Virus record (IMG/VR): IMGVR_UViG_3300032240_000787
Coordinates: 1-53,919 of that record
Reading direction: 5' to 3' (one strand)
DNA length: 53,919 bases
Source: a virus
Taxonomy: Duplodnaviria; Caudoviricetes
In this document: piece by piece, positions 37,218 to 47,086 of the stretch
Layout: each line of letters opens with the position of its first letter
How positions within the stretch are numbered: position 1 is the first letter of the stretch
Made by a program: the position numbers and the translations under genes
Notes under the pieces: model-generated
Seen by the model: the letters and a program-made list of their open reading frames with translations, nothing else
Told to the model about the DNA's origin: nothing
Database searches by the model: none

Positions 37218-37673
37218 ATGAGTGAGAAAGAACCGATTCCGACGATTGACGGAGCCGCAGGTATGTCTGATCCAGTTGAACTGGCTTGGGCATTCCCGGA
37301 AGTCAACCCGGGTCAAAGTCCGTTTGGTGGGCGAGTGATCGTCCAGTTGCGCCGCATCAAGAAAAAGGCGGGGCGCATCATCATCGTTGATGAGACCAAA
37401 GAGGCTGAAAAGTGGAACAACATGATCGGCAAGGTGGTTTCGATTGGCCCGTTGGCCTTCAAAAACCGCGAAACCATGTCGTCATGGCCGGAAGGTAGCT
37501 GGGCGCAAGTCGGCGACTTCGTGCGTGTGCCTCGATGGGGCGGCGACCGATGGGAGCGCAAGGCACCAGACACCGAAGAGGGCGAAGATCCCGTGCTTTT
37601 CATGACCCTGAATGACCACGAACTGATTGCAAAGGTCACTGATGACCCGCTTTCGTTCAAGGCTTACGTTTAA
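37218..37673 (+). CDS. groES: Co-chaperonin GroES (Cpn10)-like
   Basis: PFGGRVIV, IIIVDETKE mobile loop, GKVVSIGP, QVGDFV..GG, LNDHELIA. Confidence 0.85.
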   Translation: MSEKEPIPTIDGAAGMSDPVELAWAFPEVNPGQSPFGGRVIVQLRRIKKKAGRIIIVDETKEAEKWNNMIGKVVSIGPLAFKNRETMSSWPEGSWAQVGDFVRVPRWGGDRWERKAPDTEEGEDPVLFMTLNDHELIAKVTDDPLSFKAYV

Positions 37674-37685
37674 TTGGAGGAAAAC

Positions 37686-38642
37686 ATGTCCACAGAAGAC
37701 AAAAAAGACATTGAATTGACCATTGAAGAGGAAAAAGACGGTTCTGCGCTGGTGGAACTGCCCGAAGGCGTTGAATTGCCCGAGGAAGACCTCTCAAGAG
37801 CCTCTGGTGGCGACGAAGATGACCATCCAGACGACTCAGACGCTGTCCGAGCGGCCAAAAGAGCGCGTCGCAGGGCCAAAAAAGACCTGATTCGCAAGAC
37901 GAATGAGGAAAAAGACATCCGCTTGCAGCAACTGCAGCGCGAAAACGAAGAATTCAAGCGCCGCCTGTCCAGCGTGGAGCGGGAGACCAAGCACGGTCAG
38001 ATCGCACGCATTGACAAGGGCATTGAAGACCAGAATGTGCGGCTGGAATACGCCAAAATGAAGCTGTCCGAGGCCGTTCAGGCTGGGGATGGCGATGCCA
38101 TGGTGGAGGCGCAAGCCCTCTGGAATGAGGCTCAGAACGCCGCCCGGGAATTGGCGCACCTGCGCCAGCGTGTTGAGCATGATGCCCAACAGCCCCAACG
38201 TGAAGTGCCCCAGATTGACCCGGACGTTCAGCGCAATGCCGCCGACTGGATGCGCCGCAATAGCTGGTATCGCCCAGACACATCAGACAAGGACAGCAAG
38301 ATCGCCAAAAAGGTTGATGAACTGCTTGTCACCGAAGGCTGGAACCCAACGGATCCCGATTATTGGGACGAATTGGACTCCCGCTTGCAAAAAGCATTGC
38401 CCCATCGCTACAATGGGGCATCAGGCAGTGATTCCACTGTCAGGAAACCGAGGAACGTAGTGGGAAGTTCAGGTCGTGAGGCTTCGGCCGCATATGGTGG
38501 TAACAACCGCACACAGTTCGTGCTTTCACCCGAGCGGGTCAAGGCAATGAAGGAAGTGGGCGCTTGGGACAACCCTGCGCGTAAAAAAGCCATGATTGAC
38601 AACTTTATCAAATACGACCGCGAAAACGCTGGTCGCCGCTAA
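37686..38642 (+). CDS. Capsid scaffolding protein
   Basis: Acidic N-terminus, coiled coil, WMRRNSWY, DYWDELD.RL; upstream of the capsid gene. Confidence 0.7.
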   Translation: MSTEDKKDIELTIEEEKDGSALVELPEGVELPEEDLSRASGGDEDDHPDDSDAVRAAKRARRRAKKDLIRKTNEEKDIRLQQLQRENEEFKRRLSSVERETKHGQIARIDKGIEDQNVRLEYAKMKLSEAVQAGDGDAMVEAQALWNEAQNAARELAHLRQRVEHDAQQPQREVPQIDPDVQRNAADWMRRNSWYRPDTSDKDSKIAKKVDELLVTEGWNPTDPDYWDELDSRLQKALPHRYNGASGSDSTVRKPRNVVGSSGREASAAYGGNNRTQFVLSPERVKAMKEVGAWDNPARKKAMIDNFIKYDRENAGRR

Positions 38643-38663
38643 TCAATACTTGGAGAACTGACA

Positions 38664-39212
38664 ATGACCGAATCACGCCTTAAAAAATCCCTGAATGCTG
38701 GCGGACGCCATGATCGCGCAAGCGAGGACGCAAGCCGAGCAGCACCAGAAGATAAGTTCATTTCAAATCAGGAACGTCGCAAGATGTGGAGTGAGGAATG
38801 GACGCAATCAGCCTTGCCAAAACTGCCCAACATGGATGGGTGGCACCTTTGCTGGCTTTCGACAACCAACAGCTACGACTCCATCGACAAGCGGATTCGC
38901 CTTGGGTACGTTCCAGTTAAATCTGAAGAGTTACCGGGCTATGAAGACTATCGAGTGAAGGCCGGAGAGCATGTTGGCTACATCTCATGCAACGAGATGT
39001 TGCTGTTCAAACTCCCCATGGACATCTACCAAGAGGTCATGCTCTATCAGCACCACGAGAAGCCTCGTGAGGAAGCTGACAAGATCCGTGTCCAAATTGA
39101 GAGCCTCCAAGGGCAGCGTGACAGCAACGGCAAGTCGCTGGTGAACGTCGAGGGTGAAGGTCTTGGTAATTTTGATCAGCATGCACCCAAACTGCCGGTA
39201 TTCTCCGGCTAA
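38664..39212 (+). CDS. Head-module protein
   Basis: 182 aa; GGAG RBS; operon position. Confidence 0.7.
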   Translation: MTESRLKKSLNAGGRHDRASEDASRAAPEDKFISNQERRKMWSEEWTQSALPKLPNMDGWHLCWLSTTNSYDSIDKRIRLGYVPVKSEELPGYEDYRVKAGEHVGYISCNEMLLFKLPMDIYQEVMLYQHHEKPREEADKIRVQIESLQGQRDSNGKSLVNVEGEGLGNFDQHAPKLPVFSG

Positions 39213-39227
39213 CCCAAGGAGTTTCAA

Positions 39228-39842
39228 ATGAGTTCTACCTCTGCTCCGTTTGGCTTGCGTCCTGCGTTCCATCCTTCTGGTCTGGATCGCGCACAGGCGC
39301 TTGCTGGCGGTATCGTGTCGGGCTATAGCACCGACATCCTCAAGGGCGCACCCGTGCGCTACAACAGCACTGCCGGTACATCCGTCGCCGCTGGCACCAT
39401 CACCAACGCAGCCTCTGGCGGCGCATGGTCTGGCGCTTTCGCTGGCGTTGAGTGGACTGACACCACTGGCCGTCGTCGTATCAGCAACTACTGGCCTGCC
39501 AGTACCACGTACCAGACTGGTTCGTGCGTTGCCTACTTCTACAACGACGCCAACATCGTGTACGAAATCCAGTCTGACGCGACCATCGCTCAGACCTCGC
39601 TGGGTGGCGAATACGACTTCAGCGCCGGTACAGGCTTCACCGTGACCTCTGGCTCGACCACTACTGGCCTGTCTTCGACAGCGTTGGGCGTGTCCACCGC
39701 CAAGTCCAACGGCTCTCAGGGTCAGATGCGTGTCGTTGACATCGCTCCCTACCCGGACAATAACTGGGGCGATTCCTATGTGATCGTCCGTGTCGTCAAC
39801 GCTCAGTCTCAGTACTTCGGTTCTGTGACCGCTATCGTTTAA
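39228..39842 (+). CDS. Head decoration/cement-like protein
   Basis: APFGLRP..GAFAGVEW..YEIQ; directly before the capsid gene. Confidence 0.6.
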   Translation: MSSTSAPFGLRPAFHPSGLDRAQALAGGIVSGYSTDILKGAPVRYNSTAGTSVAAGTITNAASGGAWSGAFAGVEWTDTTGRRRISNYWPASTTYQTGSCVAYFYNDANIVYEIQSDATIAQTSLGGEYDFSAGTGFTVTSGSTTTGLSSTALGVSTAKSNGSQGQMRVVDIAPYPDNNWGDSYVIVRVVNAQSQYFGSVTAIV

Positions 39843-39855
39843 GGAGGGCTAAACC

Positions 39856-40770
39856 ATGGCAGCCCCAATGCGCAGTACAGACTTTCGCTCAATCGTTGAG
39901 CCTATCCTCAACGAATGTTTCGACGGAGTCTATGACCAACGTGCCGACGAATGGAGCCGTGTGTTCCGCGAGGAAGACGGCATCCCCCGCAACTACCACG
40001 AAGAACCCGTCCTGTACGGTTTCGGCGCGGCTCCTCAGTTGCCCGACGGCACCCCAGTGACCTACCAACAAGGTGGCGTCCTGTTCCTCAAGCGCTACGT
40101 GTACAAGGTGTATGGCTTGGCCTTCGCCCTGACCAAAGTGCTGGTGGAAGACGGTGACCACATCCGTATCGGCCAAGTGTACGCACGCCATCTGGCACAG
40201 TCTCTGGTGGAAACCAAAGAACTGTTGTCGGCCAACGTGTTGAACACCGCCTTCAACAGCAGCTACCCCGGTGGCGACAACGTGCCCCTGATCAGCACTG
40301 CCCACCCCATCGTGAACGGCACTTTCAGCAACCAGTTGGCCACCGCCGCTGTGCTGTCCCAGACCTCTCTGGAGCAGATGCTGATTCAGGTTCGCCAAGC
40401 TGTGGACAACAACGGCAAGAAGATCCGTCTGGTGCCCCGCCAACTGGTGGTCGCCCCCGGCAACATTTTCCAAGCTGAAGTTCTGTTGAAGTCGGTGCTC
40501 CGTACCGGCAACGCCAACAACGACATCAACCCCGTCAAGTCCATCGGCTTGCTGGACGAAGGTGCCGCTGTTCTGTCGCGTCTGACCTCTTCCACCGCAT
40601 GGTGGGTGCAGACTGACGCCCCAGAAGGCTTCAAGCTGCTGATGCGCCGTCGTCTGGAGAAGACCATGGAAGGTGACTTCGAAACCGACTCGATGCGCTA
40701 CAAGGCCACCGAGCGTTACGATGTCGGCTATACCGACCCACGCTGCGCTTACGGTACCCCCGGTATCTAA
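39856..40770 (+). CDS. Major capsid protein (Mu gpT-like, HK97 fold)
   Basis: 304 aa; strong codon bias; AAGGAGG RBS; GDNVPLISTAHP, PRQLVV.P, YKATERY; terminator follows. Confidence 0.9.
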   Translation: MAAPMRSTDFRSIVEPILNECFDGVYDQRADEWSRVFREEDGIPRNYHEEPVLYGFGAAPQLPDGTPVTYQQGGVLFLKRYVYKVYGLAFALTKVLVEDGDHIRIGQVYARHLAQSLVETKELLSANVLNTAFNSSYPGGDNVPLISTAHPIVNGTFSNQLATAAVLSQTSLEQMLIQVRQAVDNNGKKIRLVPRQLVVAPGNIFQAEVLLKSVLRTGNANNDINPVKSIGLLDEGAAVLSRLTSSTAWWVQTDAPEGFKLLMRRRLEKTMEGDFETDSMRYKATERYDVGYTDPRCAYGTPGI

Positions 40771-40783
40771 GCAAAGCAGGATG

Positions 40784-40812
40784 GGGGTGAAGTTAAACTT
40801 CACCCCTTTTTT
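40784..40812 (+). terminator. Rho-independent terminator after the capsid gene
   Basis: GGGGTGAAG-ttaaa-CTTCACCCC-TTTTTT. Confidence 0.9.
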
Positions 40813-40845
40813 CTAACCTCGTCAAACTTTTCATGGAGAACGACG

Positions 40846-41829
40846 ATGCCTCAATTTTCTGATGATCTTTTCATGGGCGCAGGCGCTACGTACATGGGTA
40901 CGGGCAATGCTGCCGCCACTTCTGTTTTCACTGGTACCATCGCCAGCACCACGCTGACAGTCGTCTCGACTCAGTCTGGTGAACCTTTGGTTGTTGGCCA
41001 GTACATCACGGGTTCCAGCGTTACCGCCAACTCGTACATCACTGCAGCCACCGGCCAAAACTCCAGCGGCCAGAACACCTATACGCTGTCTCAGTCGTCC
41101 ACCGTGTCGTCCAACACGACCATGTACGCCGCTGGCAATGCGTTGCTGGGTGATCCCTCCCCGATGTCTTTGGGTGTTGGCCCTCTGGGTCGCATCTATG
41201 TGTACGACATCATTCCCCAGACCTTGCAAGCCGCCAACATCGCAGCATCGCAGACACCCGCAGCCGCTGGTGCCCTGACGCTGACTGCTGGCACTTCGGC
41301 ACGATCTGTGGTGCGTGCTGATGGCACAACTGTGATCCAGTTGGACGTTCCTCGCGCTGTGTCGATCTTCCTGACCTCTGGCGGTACTGCTCGTACCTAC
41401 ACTGTTTCCGGCTATGACTACTATGGTCAAGCAATGACGGAAAACATCACCACTGTGGCCAACGCAACCACTGCAGGCAAGAAAGCCTTCTACCAAGTGA
41501 CCTCTGTCACTGGTGCTGGTGGCGGCTCGACAACCGCTGTGACTGTTGGTACCACTGACGTGCTGGGTTTGCCTGTGCGCGTGATTGATGCTGGTTACAT
41601 CATCAAGGTCAGCTTCGCTGGTGCTCTGTTGCAGAACGCCGGTACCCTGACTGTGGCAGACATGACTGCGACTGCAACCTCTACTACTGGCGACGTGCGC
41701 GGCACCTTCTTGCCTACCACGAGCGCATCAAACGGCTCCAACCGCTTGGTCGTGGCTATCGCAGTTCCCGGCATTGCCGTCGGCCCCAACGCTACCCGCG
41801 CTGGTGCTCTTGGCGTAACTCAAGCCTAA
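40846..41829 (+). CDS. Virion structural protein (head accessory/fibre-like)
   Basis: 327 aa T/G/A-rich; LDVPRAV..GKKAF. Confidence 0.6.
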   Translation: MPQFSDDLFMGAGATYMGTGNAAATSVFTGTIASTTLTVVSTQSGEPLVVGQYITGSSVTANSYITAATGQNSSGQNTYTLSQSSTVSSNTTMYAAGNALLGDPSPMSLGVGPLGRIYVYDIIPQTLQAANIAASQTPAAAGALTLTAGTSARSVVRADGTTVIQLDVPRAVSIFLTSGGTARTYTVSGYDYYGQAMTENITTVANATTAGKKAFYQVTSVTGAGGGSTTAVTVGTTDVLGLPVRVIDAGYIIKVSFAGALLQNAGTLTVADMTATATSTTGDVRGTFLPTTSASNGSNRLVVAIAVPGIAVGPNATRAGALGVTQA

Positions 41830-41841
41830 TAGGAGGCCATC

Positions 41842-43083
41842 ATGGGTCAATTCAAACCAATGGTCAAAATGATGACCGACGAGCCTTCAGTCATTCTGAA
41901 GCTCAAAAAAGGCGGCAAAGTTGCCAAGAAGGCCGATGGCGGCTTCATGCCTATGGCCACTCCGCAGCCTGCTCCCATGGGCATGCCTGCTCGTGGTGGC
42001 GATATGCAAGGCGCTGCTCCTATGCGCCCCGGCATGATGGATCGCATTCGTGCGATGCGTGCGGCTCGTCCTCCCCGTTCCCCAGCGGCTATTGGCGCAA
42101 TGGGCGGCATGAACCCCAACATGATGAAAAAGGGTGGCAAGGCCATGGCCAAGCATGAGGATGCTGCCCAAGACCGCGCCATGATCAAGAAGGCTCTGGC
42201 TGGCAAGAAATTTGCCACTGGCGGCAAGATTGATGCAGTCATGGACAAGACCACCATCAAGGGCAATGCAGGCAAGTTCTTGAATACCAAGGTGATGGAC
42301 GGCGACAAGAATGACGGCGCCAAGGGCACCAAGGGCGTTAAGTCTGGCAATGCTGGTGGTTACGCTAATGGCGGCACCATCTCTGGCAATGCTGGCAAGT
42401 TCTTGAACACCAAAGTCATGGACGGTGACAAAAACGACTCGGCCAAATCCACTGGCAAAGGCGTCAAAATGGGCAATAACGGCGGCTATGCCAAGGGTGG
42501 CACCATTGGTGGCAGCAACTGGGAAAACCGGCCTGCTGACACCGCAAAACCCGGCAAATCGGGTGGTGCAACTGGTGGTGTGCGCAATGGCAATGCTGGC
42601 GGCTACAAGAAAGGTGGCGCAGCAAAAAAAGCCTATGCCACGGGGGGTAACGTCGTAGACGATGGCCGCGCCGTGGCAATGCCCAAAAAGCATGTCTCTT
42701 GTCCTGTAGCAAACAGCCTGCAGTCTGGCACTTTCAAAAAGGGTGGCAATGTGGGCCGCTATCGTGATGGCGACAGTGTGGAATCCGATTCCACCCCATC
42801 CAATTCCTCAAACATGAGGAGTTTGGCTCGGGGCGGCAAGGCAAAGAAGTATGAGGCTGGTGGATCCACCAACCCCAATGACAAACTCATTGTGAAAGAT
42901 CCAAAAGCCGTTGCTGACAAGGCCAGCCGTGAACTTGAAGATGCTTTGAACCCGTTGTCGTTCATCCAAGAGATGTATGGCAAAGCCAAAGACTATCTCA
43001 AGCCAGCGCCAAACAGCGTGACAAAAATCGAGAAATCGACGACAGTCACTCCACCCGCAAAAAAGCGCGGCGGTAGCTGCTAA
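41842..43083 (+). CDS. K/G-rich protein built from about 12 xxxGG-delimited peptides
   Basis: LKKGG, KADGG, MKKGG, FATGG, YANGG, YAKGG, YKKGG, YATGG, FKKGG, LARGG, YEAGG, KKRGG; AGGAGG RBS. Confidence 0.75.
   Translation: MGQFKPMVKMMTDEPSVILKLKKGGKVAKKADGGFMPMATPQPAPMGMPARGGDMQGAAPMRPGMMDRIRAMRAARPPRSPAAIGAMGGMNPNMMKKGGKAMAKHEDAAQDRAMIKKALAGKKFATGGKIDAVMDKTTIKGNAGKFLNTKVMDGDKNDGAKGTKGVKSGNAGGYANGGTISGNAGKFLNTKVMDGDKNDSAKSTGKGVKMGNNGGYAKGGTIGGSNWENRPADTAKPGKSGGATGGVRNGNAGGYKKGGAAKKAYATGGNVVDDGRAVAMPKKHVSCPVANSLQSGTFKKGGNVGRYRDGDSVESDSTPSNSSNMRSLARGGKAKKYEAGGSTNPNDKLIVKDPKAVADKASRELEDALNPLSFIQEMYGKAKDYLKPAPNSVTKIEKSTTVTPPAKKRGGSC
42254..42438 (+). repeat. Imperfect tandem duplication (~123-nt period) encoding GNAGKFLNTKVMDGDKND twice
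   Basis: Read directly; identical peptide with synonymous differences. Confidence 0.85.
42778..42794. repeat. 17-bp palindrome copy 5 (central C, opposite orientation)
   Basis: GTGGAATCCGATTCCAC. Confidence 0.95.
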
Positions 43084-43087
43084 ACAA

Positions 43088-43112
43088 GTAGGGGCTTCGG
43101 CCCCTGCTTTTT
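43088..43112 (+). terminator. Rho-independent terminator
   Basis: GTAGGGGC-TTCG-GCCCCTGC-TTTTT. Confidence 0.9.
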
Positions 43113-43127
43113 ATTCATAGGTGAATC

Positions 43128-45722
43128 ATGTCCCAACTCGTCGTCTACACAGGCCCAAGCAGCCAATCTGACAATCAACTGCGCACGCAGACTTCTCAAC
43201 GCTCTGCTGGCTATGACCCGGTTGACAAACTGCGCATTTCCGCGCCTCAAGCGCTGATCGACACTGACTTTGAATATGGCCAACAGCCAACAAAGTGGGA
43301 GTCGATCGCCCTTCAAAATTCTCGCCAAAGCTGCTACTACATTCCCCAGCAGCCCTTGACAATCACTGGCGTCACTGGCGCTGGCACCACCACCGTGACC
43401 ATCACAGGCACTTTTGTCGTCGCGGCAAACTCACTGATCTACGTGCAAAACGCCTCTGATGCCAACGCAAACGGATGGTGGTACACCGTCGCAGGTGGCA
43501 CTAATACCATGACGGTGATCACCACCAACACGGTGGCATCTGGCAACCAGTACAACGCTGCCCTGACCTATGTGTATCTGGGATACTTCTATTCCTCGTG
43601 TGGTATGCCTGTTGGCGTGAACGCCATCACCAACGTGGGCACCACTTGCACGGCCACCACCACCAACCCGCATGGTTTGTCTGCTGGATCGTTTGTCTAT
43701 GTGACCAACACCACAGCAACCACCAACGCCCCCAACGGCGCATGGGTTGTGGCGACTGTTCCAACGGCCAACACATTCACTTTCACTGTGGCCGTAGCCC
43801 CGACTGGCACGATTGCCAACTCTGCGGCTTCCAACGTGATCTATGCCCGTCCCGCTGGTTATGTTGAGTCCCGTTCGTTTGACGGCGGCGTGGCTTTCTC
43901 TGCTGGCGCAACTGTGCCCAACAGCCAACTAATCCGCCAGACTCGCCGGTATTTCCGCTACCAGTCTGGCAAGGGCATTCAGTTCTCGACCGGCACTTCA
44001 ATGTGCCCAGCGCTGTTCACCACCAGCTTGACCTCATCTGGCACCACCGTGACCGTCAGCACCCGGTTTGCGCACAACCTTGCTGTTGGTTGCACGATTG
44101 TGGTCACTGGGGCTGATCAAACAGCCTATAACGGCACTTTTACCATTGCGACGGTACCAAGCCCTACCACCTTCACATACACGGCCTTGACGACCCCTTC
44201 TGCGTCTCCTGCAACGGGTTTGATCATCAAGGTGAGTCCGACCAACTGGTATGGCTCGTCCAACCGAGTTGGCATGTTCGACCAGCAGAACGGCATGTTC
44301 TTTGAGTACGACGGCCAAACCCTGTATGCAGTGTGGCGCAACAGTGTTAATCAGATTAACGGAACCGTGTCTGTAACCCAAGGTTCATCTGCTGTGACCG
44401 GCGCCGGCACGCAATTCAGCACTCAACTGCAACCCGGTAGCTTCATTGTGATCCGTGGCCAGTCGTATCGCGTGGTGAGCATCGCAAGCGACACGTCGAT
44501 GTATATCAGCCCTGAGTACCGTGGCACGACTTTGGCTGGTGCTTTGGTCTCCAAGACGATTGATACCCGTGTCGCTCAGTCTCAATGGTTTGACCCTCTG
44601 AATGGCCTTGGCCCATCGGGGTATAGCCTTGATCTGACCAAGATGCAGATGTGGTTCATCGACTTCTCGTGGTATGGCGCTGGCGTGATTCGTTGGGGTG
44701 TTCGTACAACAGGCGGAGCAATTGCCTATGTGTACACCCAGCAGAACAACAACCAGCGTTTTGAAGCCTACATGCGCTCCGGCAACATGGCTTCGCACTA
44801 TGAGTCAAGCGGCCTTACACCAGTCACTTACCTGACTGCCACATTGGCTTCCGGCACTGGATCTGGCGGCACCATCAACGTGGCCGATACGTCTGGTTTC
44901 GCACCGTCGGGCAACATCAAAGTGCAGGCGGCAGGTCAGACTGGCGTGGTGGAATACATCAGTTATTCGTCTAAAACTTCGACGACGTTGACCATCAATG
45001 CTCGTGCGCAAACTGGCGGTACTGGCTCTGCACAGATTTTCACCTACAGCGCCACGGCTCCGATTGGCGTTGAATATGCATCGCCAGACACTGCGGCGTC
45101 CCTGTCGCACTGGGGTTCTTCGGTGATCATGGATGGCCGATTCGACGACGACAAGTCGCTGATCTTCAACTATGGCACGACCACTGCTGTTTCGACGTCC
45201 AGCACGACGCCTGTTGTGCTGTTGGCCATTCGAATTGCTCCTGCCGTGGACAACGGCCAGACCGGCTTGTTAGGAGCCAAAGAAATCATCAACCGCATGC
45301 AACTGCAGTTGGACTCTCTGGGTATCGTGACCACCGGCAACACCTACCTGATCAACCTGATCCTGAACGGTTACGCTTCTGGCGCTCTGTCTGGCGGTTT
45401 TATCGCTCCAATTCAGCAGGCCAACGGCATCACCTCTTCGTTGGCGCAGATTGCTGTGAACACCAATGCCGTGAACGTGACTGGCGGCGAGTCGGTGGCG
45501 GCGGCTTATTGCAACGCAAACGGTGTGACCACCTTGGATTTGTCCGGCGTGCGCGATCTGGGCAACTCCATCTTGGGTGGCGGCACCAGCAATACGGTGC
45601 CTACCTCGCAGGCTGGTTTCTACCCTGACGGCCCGGACATCATGTATGTGGTGGCCCAAGCGGTGAGCGCAACAGCAGGCACCATCTTGGCCCGTTTGTC
45701 TTGGAAAGAAGCGCAGGCATAA
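43128..45722 (+). CDS. Large beta-rich virion structural protein
   Basis: 864 aa; repeated T..HGL/HNL..V.V beta modules; QTRRYFRYQSGKG; WYGAG.IRWG. Confidence 0.65.
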   Translation: MSQLVVYTGPSSQSDNQLRTQTSQRSAGYDPVDKLRISAPQALIDTDFEYGQQPTKWESIALQNSRQSCYYIPQQPLTITGVTGAGTTTVTITGTFVVAANSLIYVQNASDANANGWWYTVAGGTNTMTVITTNTVASGNQYNAALTYVYLGYFYSSCGMPVGVNAITNVGTTCTATTTNPHGLSAGSFVYVTNTTATTNAPNGAWVVATVPTANTFTFTVAVAPTGTIANSAASNVIYARPAGYVESRSFDGGVAFSAGATVPNSQLIRQTRRYFRYQSGKGIQFSTGTSMCPALFTTSLTSSGTTVTVSTRFAHNLAVGCTIVVTGADQTAYNGTFTIATVPSPTTFTYTALTTPSASPATGLIIKVSPTNWYGSSNRVGMFDQQNGMFFEYDGQTLYAVWRNSVNQINGTVSVTQGSSAVTGAGTQFSTQLQPGSFIVIRGQSYRVVSIASDTSMYISPEYRGTTLAGALVSKTIDTRVAQSQWFDPLNGLGPSGYSLDLTKMQMWFIDFSWYGAGVIRWGVRTTGGAIAYVYTQQNNNQRFEAYMRSGNMASHYESSGLTPVTYLTATLASGTGSGGTINVADTSGFAPSGNIKVQAAGQTGVVEYISYSSKTSTTLTINARAQTGGTGSAQIFTYSATAPIGVEYASPDTAASLSHWGSSVIMDGRFDDDKSLIFNYGTTTAVSTSSTTPVVLLAIRIAPAVDNGQTGLLGAKEIINRMQLQLDSLGIVTTGNTYLINLILNGYASGALSGGFIAPIQQANGITSSLAQIAVNTNAVNVTGGESVAAAYCNANGVTTLDLSGVRDLGNSILGGGTSNTVPTSQAGFYPDGPDIMYVVAQAVSATAGTILARLSWKEAQA

Positions 45723-45723
45723 C

Positions 45724-46476
45724 ATGGGAACGTACTCTTCCGTAACTCGCTCGGGGGCTTTTGAGCCTTTTGAGTTGCAGGTGGCTCGTGGCCAAATTCA
45801 AGGTCACACAGCGGTCAACATTTTTGGCTTCAGCACCACAGTCGGATCGACTGCACTTGGGCCGTTATGGGAGGGTTTGACGCTATCTGGGGGGTCTTAT
45901 GCATACCCCGGCGCCGCAGCCCAGTTGGTGCTGGCCAGTGATTCGGCTTCCGACACGTCGGCTCTCAGCATCCGCATTGATGGCCTTGGTGCTGGCTTTG
46001 TTCCGTTGACTGAGACTATTGCGCTGAATGGCACCTCCAACGTCACCACCACAAATTCGTTTTTGCGCATCAATCAGATGTCAACAACGAACGGTTTGAA
46101 CGTCGGCAACATTACCGCAAAGATCAGTAGCACCACTTACGCCAAGATCAGCGCAGGCATTGGCCAAACGCAGATGTCCATTTACACCGTCCCGGCAGGA
46201 TATACGTTTTATTTGTCATATCTGCAGGCAGACGCAAGTATTGGCTTCACGTCAAGCAACTACATGAAGTTTGCTGAGTACAACAAGGACAACACCACTG
46301 GTGAAATCAATTTGTTAAACCAGTCGACCTTTGTGCAAGCGTTCCAGTTCCCATTCACCTGCCCAGTCCCGCACTTGGAAAAGACTGACATTCAATTTCA
46401 GGTTGTGTCAAACACTGGAAGCCCGTTCACCGCCAACATTTATGCTGGCGGCATTTTGATCAAAAACCCGGACTAA
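45724..46476 (+). CDS. Virion structural protein
   Basis: 250 aa; LQVARGQI.GH, IYTVPAGYTFY, EKTDIQ. Confidence 0.6.
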   Translation: MGTYSSVTRSGAFEPFELQVARGQIQGHTAVNIFGFSTTVGSTALGPLWEGLTLSGGSYAYPGAAAQLVLASDSASDTSALSIRIDGLGAGFVPLTETIALNGTSNVTTTNSFLRINQMSTTNGLNVGNITAKISSTTYAKISAGIGQTQMSIYTVPAGYTFYLSYLQADASIGFTSSNYMKFAEYNKDNTTGEINLLNQSTFVQAFQFPFTCPVPHLEKTDIQFQVVSNTGSPFTANIYAGGILIKNPD

Positions 46477-46480
46477 GACT

Positions 46481-47083
46481 ATGCCAGCAAAATCTCAAGC
46501 CCAGTTCCGCCTCATGAAGGCAATTGAACACAACCCTAAAGTCGCCAAGAAGGTCGGCATGTCTTCGGCCAAAGCAGCCGAGTTCACCGAGTCCAACAAG
46601 GGCAAGAAGGCCTACAGCAAGCTGCCGGTCAAGAAGGCTTATGGCGGATCCATGGATGATGATGGGTATAGCCGAGCAGGCACTTCACGCAATCGCTTGG
46701 CTCGTGATGCTCGTGATTACGACAGCGACATTGATTATTACAACGATGTCAATGGCCGTGACGATGATGACGATCAACAACAAACCCCTTCTCCTAAAAA
46801 ACGACTTTTTGATCGCATAGGCAAACAATACGTTGCTGCCAACAAAAAAATCCAAAAGCAAAAAAACGAAGCAAAAGAGGCCAAAGACGAAGACGCCTTG
46901 AAAAGGCTCAAAGATCGAGAAGAAAGAATTGGTATTGGATATGTCACAAGGATTGCTCCAATAAGCCATGCTAATAATTCCCAAATGCTCGAAAAAAGAA
47001 GAAAAGAGTGGTCTGAAAAAATTGGCAATGGCAAGCCTGCACCGTTCAAATCTGGTGGCAGTTCAAAAAAAACTTGCTGGTGA
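46481..47083 (+). CDS. Small basic protein (MPAKSQAQ..) carrying an AT-rich insert between two xxxGG motifs
   Basis: KAYGG 46634-46648 and FKSGG 47045-47059 bracket an A-rich segment. Confidence 0.7.
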   Translation: MPAKSQAQFRLMKAIEHNPKVAKKVGMSSAKAAEFTESNKGKKAYSKLPVKKAYGGSMDDDGYSRAGTSRNRLARDARDYDSDIDYYNDVNGRDDDDDQQQTPSPKKRLFDRIGKQYVAANKKIQKQKNEAKEAKDEDALKRLKDREERIGIGYVTRIAPISHANNSQMLEKRRKEWSEKIGNGKPAPFKSGGSSKKTCW

Positions 47084-47086
47084 AAT

